From positions 32,001-96,000 of the forward strand of contig CAWFKQ010000008.1 of NCBI GenBank assembly GCA_963816395.1: DNA of 64,000 bases, read 5' to 3'. The notes beneath the pieces are model-generated. The model had not been told where the DNA came from. It did no database searches and saw nothing but the letters and a program-made list of their open reading frames with translations. The stretch's first letter is position 1. Every line of letters starts with the position of its first letter. The position numbers and the translations under genes are program-made. The DNA is from an uncultured delta proteobacterium (GTDB lineage: Bacteria; Desulfobacterota; Desulfuromonadia; Desulfuromonadales; JACZKF01). Below are positions 1 to 9,280 of this stretch, piece after piece.

Positions 1-187
1 CGCCGCGGGTGTGGACGATGATGCCGCACCCGACCGCGCAGTAGGGACAGATGGTGGTGGTCTCCCTGGCGTACTGGACGGCCAGCGGCTGGGCATAGCT
101 CCGGGCCGGCTGAAGGCCGACGCCCAGGACCGATGCTGCCACCGTGCCTCCCGAGTACTTGAGGAAGCCGCGTCTGGTAAGATCCAT
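1..187 (-). CDS. fdnG: Formate dehydrogenase alpha subunit (molybdo/tungsto-bisPGD enzyme), N-terminal part; runs off the window
   Basis: Not in the ORF track. Manual translation from ATG at 187 gives MDLTRRGFLKYSGGTVAASVLGVGLQPARSYAQPLAVQYARETTTICPYCAVGCGIIVHTRG. It has a Tat motif (TRRGFLK) and a CPYCAVGC [4Fe-4S] motif typical of FdnG/FdhA. RBS-like AAGGAG/GGAG lies upstream. Confidence 0.8.
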   Translation of the reverse strand, partial: MDLTRRGFLKYSGGTVAASVLGVGLQPARSYAQPLAVQYARETTTICPYCAVGCGIIVHTRG

Positions 188-278
188 CTCCTGCTCCTTT
201 CGAAAAATGAACTGGCACAAGTCGGGCCGACATTTCGCCCCGGCGGCGGGATCTCCCGCAGGTCACCTGACTTGGATC

Positions 279-295
279 AGCAAATTTCATACCGA
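279..295 (-). promoter_or_regulatory. Putative sigma54 (-24/-12) promoter of fdnG
   Basis: Minus strand reads TCGGTATGAAATTTGCT = GG-N10-GC with TTGCT, about 90 bp upstream of the fdnG start and next to a sigma54 activator gene. Confidence 0.6.
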
Positions 296-419
296 TGTTC
301 TATTTCCTCTAATAAGGCTGGTATCACCTACAGTTTTTCCTTTTCACAAGGAATTTACAGGGAATAGGGCGCGCCAGAAACTTGTATCTTTTTCGCCTGA
401 ATTGTATAAATATTATCCA

Positions 420-472
420 CCTGGAAAAATTCTTAAGGGTCGATTCTAAAAGTTGTTCTGGATTTTTCCAGG
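420..472. promoter_or_regulatory. Inverted repeat, candidate activator-binding site
   Basis: CCTGGAAAAAT (420-430) and ATTTTTCCAGG (462-472) form a perfect 11-bp inverted pair. CTGGA-N4-TCCAG lies at 458-471. Confidence 0.4.
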
Positions 473-490
473 ATGCCGAAAGGTGAAGAA

Positions 491-1855
491 ATGGCCGGGA
501 AGATCTACATCTGCGACGATGAAGAAGGGATGCTCCTGTACCTGCGCAAGACGGTCGCCGACTGGGGATTCGAGGTCGAGACCTGCAGCGCGCCCCAGAT
601 TCTGCTGAGGTCCCTGGAAAAGGCCGAGGAGGAGGCAGGAGTGCTCCTTCTCGATCTCAGGATGCCGGAGATGGACGGCATCACGGTGCTGCGCCGGGTT
701 CGCGAGATCCGCCCCGATCTCGGGGTCATCGTCATGACCGGCTACGGCACCATCGATTCGGCTGTGGAGGCCATCCAGCTCGGCGCCTTCGATTACCTGA
801 CCAAGCCTTTTCCGGAAGAGCGGCTCGGTACCCTGCTGGAGCGCTGCCTGGAGCGCCAGCAGTTGCTTCTGGAGAACCGCTCCCTGAAAAAAGACCTGCG
901 GAACCGCATTGCCCCCGGTACCATCGTTTTCCGCAGCGCCCTGTTCCGGGAGGTGTACGAGCTGGCCCTGCGGGTGGCCGGCAGCGATGTCAGCGTCCTG
1001 CTTTCCGGCGAGAGCGGCACCGGTAAGGAGCTGATTGCCGCCGCCATTCACTACGCCAGCCCGCGCGCCGAGCGGCGCTTCCTGGCGGTCAACTGCGCCG
1101 CCCTGACCGAGAGCCTGCTCGAGAGCCAGTTGTTCGGCCATCTCAAGGGCGCCTTCACCGGCGCCGTCCAGAATCAGAAGGGGCTGCTCGAGGAAGCCGA
1201 CGGCGGCATCCTGTTCCTTGATGAAGTGGGCGAACTGAGTCCGGCGCTGCAGGCCAAGCTGCTGCGGGTGCTGCAGGAAGGGGAGTTCATCCCGGTCGGG
1301 GCCACCCGTGCCAAGCGGGTGAATGTACGCGTCATTGCCGCCACCAACAAGAACCTGGAAGAGGAGATCGCCCGGGGCCGGTTCCGCGAGGATCTTTATT
1401 ACCGGCTCAACGTCTTTTCCCTGCAGCTGCCGCCGCTGCGGGAGCGTCCCGAGGACATCCAGCCGCTGGCCGAGCATTTCCTCTCCCGGGCGGCCGCCAG
1501 GCAGGGGCGTCCCTTTCGTGGATTCTCCCCCGGAGCTCTGGCGGCGCTGCGCCGCTATCCCTGGCCGGGTAACGTGCGCGAGCTGCGGAACGTCATAGAG
1601 CGGGGCATCATTCTCGCCCGCAGCGACTTTATCACCGTTGACGACCTGCCGCTGAAGGTGAACCAGCCTCCTGACGGCAGGGATGCCGCCGGCCCGGGCG
1701 AACCCGTCTCCCTGCGCGAGGCCGAGCGCCTGCAGGTCGCCCGCATTCTGCGCCGTACCCGCTGGAACAAGAGCCGGGCCGCCCGTCTGCTGGATATCAC
1801 CCGGCGCACCCTGGACCGTAAGATCGTCGAATATGGATTAAGCCCGGAACTGTAG
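491..1855 (+). CDS. Sigma54-dependent response regulator (NtrC family: REC-AAA+-Fis HTH)
   Basis: Receiver domain (LLDLRMP), Walker [15 protein letters not shown] loop, [12 protein letters not shown]-terminal HTH ([12 protein letters not shown]). Confidence 0.95.
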   Translation: MAGKIYICDDEEGMLLYLRKTVADWGFEVETCSAPQILLRSLEKAEEEAGVLLLDLRMPEMDGITVLRRVREIRPDLGVIVMTGYGTIDSAVEAIQLGAFDYLTKPFPEERLGTLLERCLERQQLLLENRSLKKDLRNRIAPGTIVFRSALFREVYELALRVAGSDVSVLLSGESGTGKELIAAAIHYASPRAERRFLAVNCAALTESLLESQLFGHLKGAFTGAVQNQKGLLEEADGGILFLDEVGELSPALQAKLLRVLQEGEFIPVGATRAKRVNVRVIAATNKNLEEEIARGRFREDLYYRLNVFSLQLPPLRERPEDIQPLAEHFLSRAAARQGRPFRGFSPGALAALRRYPWPGNVRELRNVIERGIILARSDFITVDDLPLKVNQPPDGRDAAGPGEPVSLREAERLQVARILRRTRWNKSRAARLLDITRRTLDRKIVEYGLSPEL

Positions 1856-1941
1856 GGGCACGGCGTGCCGTGCCGGTTTCGTTGCCGGGGCAAAATTCAG
1901 GGAACGGTGAAAAACCAGGGCACGGCACGCCGTGCCCCTAC
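1852..1941. repeat. GTAG-type REP doublet (REPIN/BIME-like)
   Basis: GTAGGGGCACGGCGTGCCGTGCC at 1852-1874, with its inverted copy at 1918-1941. Confidence 0.8.
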
Positions 1942-1953
1942 GTGGTGATATCG

Positions 1954-3144
1954 ATGGTCTCCAAATTCCGCCTTCTGTTCGTCCTTTTCGCCCTGTCCGT
2001 TTTGTCGGCCCCCGCCCATGCCGCCGACATCCTGCTCGGCATGTCTACGGCCCTGACCGGCCCCACCGCCGAACTGGGCAAGGGGATGCGCGACGGCGTG
2101 CTGATCGGCCTGGACCGAGCCAACCGAGGCGGCGGGATCGGCGGCCGGCGGCTGCGCCTGCTCCCCCTCGACGACGGTTACGAGCCGGCCCGCACCGTCC
2201 CCAATATGCGCCGGCTGATCGAGGCGGAGAAGGTGCTGGCGGTCATCGGCAACGTCGGCACCCCTACCGCCATCGCCTCCCTGCCGCTGGTGAAAAAAGA
2301 CCGGACCCTGTTCTTCGCTCCCTTCACCGGCGCCGGGGTGCTGCGCCAGGATCCGCCCGACCGTTATGTGATCAATTACCGCGCCAGCTATGCCGAAGAG
2401 ATCGCCGCCATGGTCGATGCCCTGATCGACGCCGGCCTGCAGCCGGCAGACATCGCCTTTTTCACCCAGCGGGACGGTTATGGCGATGCCGGCTTCGCCG
2501 GCGGCTGTGCCGCCCTGAAGCGCCATGGCCTCAAGGATGAGCGGCAGCTGCTGCACGTGCGCTATCCGCGCAACACCCTGGCGGTGGAGAATGCCCTGGC
2601 GGATGTGCTGCTCGCCGGCAGAACGCCGAAGGCGATCATCATGGTCGGCGCTTACGCCCCCTGTGCCAAGTTCATCCGCCTGGCCCGGCAGTCCGGGCTG
2701 CAGGCCCTCTTCCTCAGCGTCTCCTTCGTCGGCAGCGATTTCCTGGCCGAGGCCCTGGGGACCCGGATCGAGGGGGTCATCGTCACGCAGGTGGTGCCGC
2801 ATCCCGACGACGCCACCCTGCCCATCGTCCGCCAGTACCGGGACGACCTGCGCGCCTGGGGCGGCAACGCCCGCCCGACCTTCGCCAGTCTGGAGGGGTA
2901 TGTCGCCGCCCGCATTCTGGCGGCTGCCCTCGCCCGCCTCCATGGGGAACCGACGCGGGAAGGGATTATCGATGCCCTGGAGGGACTCGGTACTTTCGAT
3001 CTCGGTCTCGGCCATCCGCTGCAGCTCGACCGGCAGCGCCATCAGGCAAGCGGTACCGTCTGGCCTACTCTCCTGCGGCAGGGACGGTTCGTGCCGTTTG
3101 CCTGGAGCGATATCCCCTCCCTGCTGGCGAGGCCCAGGCCATGA
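1954..3144 (+). CDS. Type I periplasmic binding protein (LivK/branched-chain-like fold), likely a sensor partner
   Basis: Signal peptide ending AHA-A, motifs LGMSTALTGP, DDGYEP and VIGNVGTPT. No ABC permease genes nearby; overlaps the kinase start. Confidence 0.85.
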   Translation: MVSKFRLLFVLFALSVLSAPAHAADILLGMSTALTGPTAELGKGMRDGVLIGLDRANRGGGIGGRRLRLLPLDDGYEPARTVPNMRRLIEAEKVLAVIGNVGTPTAIASLPLVKKDRTLFFAPFTGAGVLRQDPPDRYVINYRASYAEEIAAMVDALIDAGLQPADIAFFTQRDGYGDAGFAGGCAALKRHGLKDERQLLHVRYPRNTLAVENALADVLLAGRTPKAIIMVGAYAPCAKFIRLARQSGLQALFLSVSFVGSDFLAEALGTRIEGVIVTQVVPHPDDATLPIVRQYRDDLRAWGGNARPTFASLEGYVAARILAAALARLHGEPTREGIIDALEGLGTFDLGLGHPLQLDRQRHQASGTVWPTLLRQGRFVPFAWSDIPSLLARPRP

Positions 3145-5580
3145 AGAGGATCCGCGATCACGGCCGCACGGTCACCCTTCTGGTCTGGACCCTGGTCGCC
3201 TTCGGCCTGCTGGCCGGCGCCGTCACCAATGCCCTGGTCGGCTGGACCTTGCTGACGCTCAACCGCGAGCGGCTGCAGCTGCTGGAGCAGAACCGGCGGC
3301 TCGGCGACCTGGCCGACCGGGTCCAGCGCCTGGGTCAGGAGGCGCGGGGGGAGGTGAGCGCCCTGCTGCAGGGGGAGCGGGTGCCCGACGATTCCCTGCG
3401 GCTCACCGAATTTTCCCGCCTGCTGGGGGATTTGCAGCGGAACACGACCGATCCTGCCGCTACCGCGGCCCTGGCCGGGGTGGCCGAAGCGGCCGGCGAA
3501 TTGACCGCCCTGCGCCGGCGGGCCGCCGACTGGCTGGTGCGCTCGCTGGCGGTCAACGGCGATCTGGAGGAGAAGCGGACCCTGGGGAAGGCGCGGCGCA
3601 TCCTGGAGCGGCTGCGCGCCGCCGCGGAAACGATGGAGGGGCGCCAGCGCCTGCGGGAAGCCATTCTGCTGCGGCACTGGCGGGAGGCCAGCGGCACGGA
3701 AAAAAGCGCCCTGGCACAGACAATCCTGGAGAACCAGGCGCGGAACCGCTCCCGCATTCCGAACGAGATTCGCACCGAGCTGGCCGAGCTGTCGCGGCTG
3801 GTCGAGACCCTGGCCGGAGAAGCCCAGCTCGATGATCTGGCCGACCTGCGCGATAATCAGCTCAAACCGGTGCTGGAGCGCCTGGAGGGGCAGCTCGGCA
3901 CCCTGGCCGGCGGGCCGGAGGCGAACGGCGACATGACGCCTGCCGCCATCGCCGAACTGAGAGACGTGCTCTTCGGCCGCGGCCATGTCGTCGTCCAGGA
4001 ATACCAGACCATCCGTATCGGCCGCGGGCGGTCTGTTCCGCCTCGCCCGGGACGCCCTCAACCTGCGCCGCGAGCGGGAAGAGCTGCAGGCCCGGGCGCA
4101 GCAGCTGTTCGAGCGCATCGAGGTCATTCACCCGGTCCTGGCCAGTCTGGCCGGCGGCCGCAGCCAGTCGCTCACCCGCCATGCCGAAGACAGCCTGGGG
4201 CGCGGCCTGCGCAAGCTGCTGCTGGCCAGCGTCCTTTTCCTCGGCGGCTTTCTCGGCCTGGGTCTGCTGATCTCCCGGAAAGTCGAGCACCAGGTGCTCA
4301 CCCTGAACCAACTGCGGCAGCAGAACGAGCTGATCCTCAATTCGGCCGGCGAGGGGATCGTCGGACTCGACCGCAGCGGCCGGACCGTCTTCATCAATCC
4401 CGCCGGTGCCCGCCTGCTCGGCGGCGAACCCGACCAGCTGATCGGCCAGCGGCACCAGGAGATCCTCTGCCGTTCCCAGCCGGACAGCGAGGCCTGCAGC
4501 CTGGAGGAAAGTCCCATCGCCACCGTGCTGGAGACGGGCGTTACCCGGCATGACGCCGATCAGGTCTTCTGGCGCCGGGACGGCAGCCGGTTCCCGGTGG
4601 AATACACCGCCACCCCCATTTGCAGTGAGCGGGGGGAAATCGAGGGCGCGGTGGTGACGCTCCTCGATATTGCCGATCGCAAGGCGGCCGAGGCGGCCCT
4701 GCAGCACTCCTACCTGGAACTGGAACGGCACGAGCAGGAGCTCGACCGGCTCAACCGCAGCCTGGAGGAGAAGGTGGCCGAGCGCACCCGGGAGCTGGAG
4801 GTCCAGCACCGGCAATTGATTCGCGTCCAGGAGGAGCTGGCCCGCCAGGAACAGCTGGCGGCGGTCGGCTCCCTGGCCGCCGGGGTGGCGCACGAGATCA
4901 ACAACCCGGCGGCGATCATCCGCGGCAATGCCGAAATCCTGCGCCGCAAGCTGCCGAAGGGAGGACCGGGCGCCGAGGAGGCGGGGGAGATCCTGAAGCA
5001 TACCGACCGCATTTCGCGCATCATCGGCAACCTGCTGAGCTTCGCCCGCAAACAGGCGATCAACCCTGAGGCGGTACAGGTCAACCATCTGCTTGGAGAG
5101 ATCCTCCACCAGGTGCCGCACCAGATCGACTTCCAGCGGGTGCAGGTATTTCCCATTTTCGATCCCGACCTGCCGCCGCTGTGGGGGGACCGGGAAAAAT
5201 TGCGGCAGGTCTTCACCAACCTGATCCTCAATGCCGTGCAGGCGATGGGGGAAGAGGGACTGCTGACCGTCGCCACCCGCCGGGCGCAGGGGATGATCGA
5301 GGTGCATGTGCAGGATTCCGGACCCGGGATAACCGCCGAAAACAAGGGGAAGATCTTCAACCCCTTCTTCACCACCAAAAGGAGCGGTAGCGGCCTCGGC
5401 CTTTCCGTCTCCTACGGGATCGTGCAGGCCCTCGGCGGGAGTCTGGAGGTGGAGAGCGAGCCGGGGAAGGGGGCGCTGTTCCTGGTGCGCCTGCCGCTGG
5501 GCGAGCTTACCCCGGCCGGGAAGGAGTCTGAGCCGCTCTCCGGCAGTGGCGGAAGAAAAAAAGTAGCCTGCGGCAAGTAA
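3141..5580 (+). CDS. Membrane sensor histidine kinase with a large helical periplasmic domain and a PAS domain (frameshift near 4025)
   Basis: ORFs 3141-4553 and 3985-5580 join: two TM helices, PAS (ILNSAGEGIVGLD), H-box GVAHEINNP, N-box QVFTNLILNA, G-boxes DSGPGI / GSGLGL. Confidence 0.9.
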
Positions 5581-5690
5581 AGTAGCGCGCATCAATCCCT
5601 TTTCAATCAGAGGGGCACAACATGGATGGGTGAAACCGGGCCGGTTGCTCACCGGGGTGCAGAGTGGTTTTCGGAGCGGTGACTCGTCTT

Positions 5691-6165
5691 TTACCACTCG
5701 ACGGGGCCGGGTTCCTTTTTGACCAGCAGAATCGAGCAGGGGAGGCGACGAATCAGTTCATTGTTGCTGCGGCCAAAAAGAGAAGTGCTCCAGCTTCCCC
5801 TCTTCATGCGCCAGCATGACCAGCAGGTCGATCTCATATTCCTCCACCGCCTTGACAACCTCGTCAACCGGGTCTCCCTCGCGTATCAGCTCGACCAGCT
5901 TCAGGCCCTCGGACTTTTCCGCCGCTACCAATTTTTCCATATCTTCGCGTGACTCGCGGAGCAGTTTTTGAAAATCCTTCTCCAGAGAGGGAAGGGGGAG
6001 GTTCCAGCCCTCTATCCCGAACGGATTGTGGACCACATGCACCAGATAAAGTTCGGCATTGTTTTGGCGCGCCAGCGAAACTCCCATACGAAATGCTTCC
6101 CGGCAGTTTCTGGTCATTTGGCTGACGACCAGGATGCGGCTGAGCTTTCCCATAGCATCTTTCAT
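5691..6165 (-). CDS. Universal stress protein (UspA family; frameshift near 5780)
   Basis: LYLVHVV...IREGDPVDEVVK...IDLLVM. A second frame continues FGRSNNELIRRLPCSILLVK to a stop at 5691. Confidence 0.85.
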
Positions 6166-6300
6166 GCTAACTCCTTTGAAATCAAATAATTATCTAATCT
6201 TTAGTTTATCGCCCGGTGCTGACAAGTCAAAGGTAGGAAGGCCTCAGGTGCGGTTTTGCCCCCGGCATCCCGGGCGCCCGGCCGTGCCGCTGCCGATTTT

Positions 6301-6487
6301 TTCGCATATCTGCAAAACCCCCCGTATGCCTCCTCGCACAATTGCAAAACCGCGTTTTCTCTCGCGCTTCATCCCGCGCACCTTTCCCGTCAACTCCCGC
6401 CTGCCTCTGGCATTTACACCCCGCCCCCCTCGCGGACATCGCCATCCTTCCCCGATCCCTGCTTCGGACAATTTGCATTTCTGCGAA
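6301..6487. promoter_or_regulatory. Three copies of a palindromic motif (T/C)T(C/T)GCA-N4-TGC(A/G)AA, candidate enhancer (UAS) sites
   Basis: TTCGCATATCTGCAAA 6301-6316, CTCGCACAATTGCAAA 6333-6348, TTTGCATTTCTGCGAA 6472-6487; all upstream of a sigma54 promoter. Confidence 0.6.
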
Positions 6488-6574
6488 AGGCGCCGGCCGG
6501 AAATCTCGCCACAGCACCCGCACAAAACTCCCATCCCTGGTAATAAATGGAACTATTGTGTAAATTCAGAACAT

Positions 6575-6590
6575 TGGTATAGGCGTTGCT
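6575..6590 (+). promoter_or_regulatory. Putative sigma54 promoter
   Basis: TGGTATAGGCGTTGCT = TGG-N10-GC(T), about 40 bp upstream of ATG 6633. Confidence 0.7.
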
Positions 6591-6632
6591 CTTGGAGAGG
6601 TTGAAGGCACCCAGTCCCAGCCCGAGGCCGCC

Positions 6633-7001
6633 ATGTGCAACAGCACCGTATGCCCCTTCTTCCGCAAAGGCGATGACTACTGTGAGGTCGGCGGCAACGG
6701 GTACATTTCGCCCCACGACGTCACCATGATCATCGCTTACTGCCACAGCCGCTTTCGCACCTGCCCCAAATATGAAGAGCTGTCTCTGCGCTTTCCGCCG
6801 GAGTGGCCCAAGGCGGCCGCGGCGGCTCCGGAGCGGTCTTCCTCCGGCCGGCCGGACCATGGCCGCGGCGGCGAAGTGTCCCCGGAGAAAGCGCTGGTGC
6901 GCCCCTTCCGGGTCAATTGGCCGCTCCCCTTTCACCTGCGCTACACCACCCTCTATCACAGCTTTTGTCCTCATTCCATTCCAACCAAGGAGAGAACCGC
7001 C
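6633..7001 (+). CDS. Cys-rich module, in frame with and upstream of the MFS transporter
   Basis: MCNSTVCPFFRKGDDYCEVGG...IIAYCHSRFRTCPKYEEL. GAGG lies before the ATG, and no stop separates it from the MFS start at 7002. Confidence 0.5.
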
Positions 7002-8325
7002 ATGATGAAAGAAAAGACGGTAACCGTGAAGTCGAAAGGATGGCGCGTGGCCCTGGCGGGCACCGGTATCAACCTGGCGCTGGGTATCCTCTATACCTGG
7101 AGCATCTTCAAGAGCGCGATTGCCCAGTCGATCGCCAAGGGAGGGGAGGGCGCCTTCGCCTGGGACACCGCCTCGATCAACGACCCGTACGCCACGGCCT
7201 GCCTGGCCTTCGCCTTTGCCATGATCCTGGCCGGCAAGTGCCAGGATAAGCTCGGCCCGCGGATTACCGCCATCTTCGGTGGTCTGCTGGTCGGTTCCGG
7301 CTTTATCATGGTCTCCCAGACGACCAGCTACTGGGCCTGGGTCATCGGTTTCGGGCTTCTCGCCGGCACCGGTCTCGGCTTCGGCTATTCCGCCGCCACC
7401 CCGCCGGCCCTCAAGTGGTTCCCGCCTGCCAAAACGGGTATGGTCGCCGGCATCGTCGTCGCCGGCTTCGGTCTGGCCTCCGTCTATATCGCTCCCGCTG
7501 GCCACCTATCTGCTCGGCATCTACGGCTTGCAGAAGGCGATGCTCTTCTTCGGTGTGGCCTTTGCCTTCGTGGTCTGCGGCCTGGCTCTGCTGATCGTCA
7601 ATCCGCCGGCCGGTTTCGTCGCCGATCCCAGCGCCAAGGGGGGCAAGAAGGCATCCGCCAAGCCGGTGGTCGACATCCCCCCCGGCAAGATGCTTACCCA
7701 GGGCCGCTTCTATACCTTGTGGATGACCTACTTCATCGGCGCCGGCGCCGGCCTGATGGTGATCGGCAGCGCCAAGGGACTGGCCAAGGCCAGTATGGGT
7801 GAGATGGCCTTCCTGGTCGTCGCCATCATGGCGGTGGGCAACGCCGCCGGGCGCATCATCGCCGGTCTGGTTTCGGACAAGATCGGCCGCGCCAACACCT
7901 TGTTGATCATGCTGCTGTTCCAGGCCGCCCTGATGTTCGCCGCTATTCCCATGCTCAGCGGCAAGGGGAACGCCATTGTCGTCGCCCTGCTGGTCACCTT
8001 CATGGTGTTCAATTACGGGACCAACCTCGCCCTCTTCCCCTCCTTCGCCAAGGATTACTGGGGGATGAAGAATTTCGGCATGAACTACGGCATCCTGTTC
8101 ACCGCCTGGGGAGTCGGCGGCTTTGTCCTGGTGCGGGTGGCGGAAATGCTCAAGACCAAATTCGGCAGCTTCGCCATTTCCTTTGCCGCCGCCGGCGTAC
8201 TGCTGGTGATCGGCGCCGTCCTCTCTCTGTCCCTGCGGCCGCGCAAGGCCGAAGAGGCCGTGTCTGTCCCGGTTCTGGAAGGAGTCGAAGAAGAGGATCT
8301 GGTATTGGAGAAGGCGAGCCGGTAA
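7002..8325 (+). CDS. OFA-family (oxalate/formate antiporter-like) MFS transporter (frameshift near 7495)
   Basis: GINLALGILYTWSIF, GKCQDKLGPR, KWFPPAKTGMVAGIVVAGFG, GNAAGRIIAGLVSDKIGR, KNFGMNYGILFTAWG. RBS AAGGAG before 7002. Confidence 0.9.
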
Positions 8326-8341
8326 TTCCACCGAAAATGAG

Positions 8342-8365
8342 CCGGCCCCGCTATGGCGGGGCCGG
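8342..8365. terminator. GC-rich hairpin between convergent genes
   Basis: CCGGCCCCGC-TATG-GCGGGGCCGG. Confidence 0.55.
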
Positions 8366-8458
8366 GAAGGGACGGAGCCGCTCTCCCTGCTGGAGGGCGG
8401 CTCCATTTATTTGTCGCGACTGCCTGCCGGCGGAATCGATTGCGGACGACCCGCCGAT

Positions 8459-9031
8459 TTACGGGAAGCAGAAAAACAGCTGCGCGGGCAGAACATTGAG
8501 CGGTTCGAAGGCGCGAACCACCCTCGAGAAGGTCTGCTGCAGGGAGGGCAGGACCTTCGGCGAGAACTGATAGACCAGCAGCGCCCCGTCCGGCTGGAGC
8601 ACATCGCGGGTCGTTTGCAGGATCTCCCGCCGCTGCTCTTCCTCGATGGTGCTGAAGGGGATGCCGGAGATCACGTAATCCGGACGCCGGCCTCCCTTAT
8701 CGCACAGGCTCTGGACTTCCGCCGCCGAGCCGTGGACGATCCGCAGCCGCGGGTCGGGCAGGGACTGGCGCAGAAAGGTGACGAACTCCCGGTTGGTCTC
8801 GAAGACGATAAGGGTGGAATCGGGACGCATTCGGCGCAGGATTTCGCGGGTGATGGTCCCCACCCCCGGGCCGTACTCGACGATCACCGCGGCCCGGTCC
8901 CAATCCACCTGCCCCAACAGGCGTCTGATGAGGAAGGCCGAACTCGGAATCACCGACCCCAGCATCTTCGGGTGCATGAAAAAATTCTTCGCGAATAAAG
9001 TGAGTTGTTCATAGCGGGACGGCAGCATCAT
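8459..9031 (-). CDS. Class I SAM-dependent methyltransferase (phospholipid N-methyltransferase PmtA-like)
   Basis: GSVIPSS, VEYGPGVGTIT, VISGIPF and YQF motifs. Confidence 0.8.
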   Translation of the reverse strand: MMLPSRYEQLTLFAKNFFMHPKMLGSVIPSSAFLIRRLLGQVDWDRAAVIVEYGPGVGTITREILRRMRPDSTLIVFETNREFVTFLRQSLPDPRLRIVHGSAAEVQSLCDKGGRRPDYVISGIPFSTIEEEQRREILQTTRDVLQPDGALLVYQFSPKVLPSLQQTFSRVVRAFEPLNVLPAQLFFCFP

Positions 9032-9280
9032 CTTCCCTCATGGTTGGGGTTTTCCCTCGAGAAACTTCAGCCGAATACATCATAGCCGAAATTTTCCGTC
9101 TGAAAAGTTTCCGGGTCCGCTTCTCCTGGTTGTCAGCCGGGCGGGCAGGCACCCCCACGCGGTAGCGGCTTCATTTATCCGCCATTCTGTGATAGCCTCC
9201 GGGGGCTGTTCATGAACCTCTTCATCCTGCCTGCCCACCGGAAATGGCCTGAGCTAAATCTTAGTGAGAGAATTGCGACA

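Noticed and set aside
212..228. TGGCAC as a plus-strand sigma54 promoter
   Set aside because: No correctly spaced TTGC -12 element.
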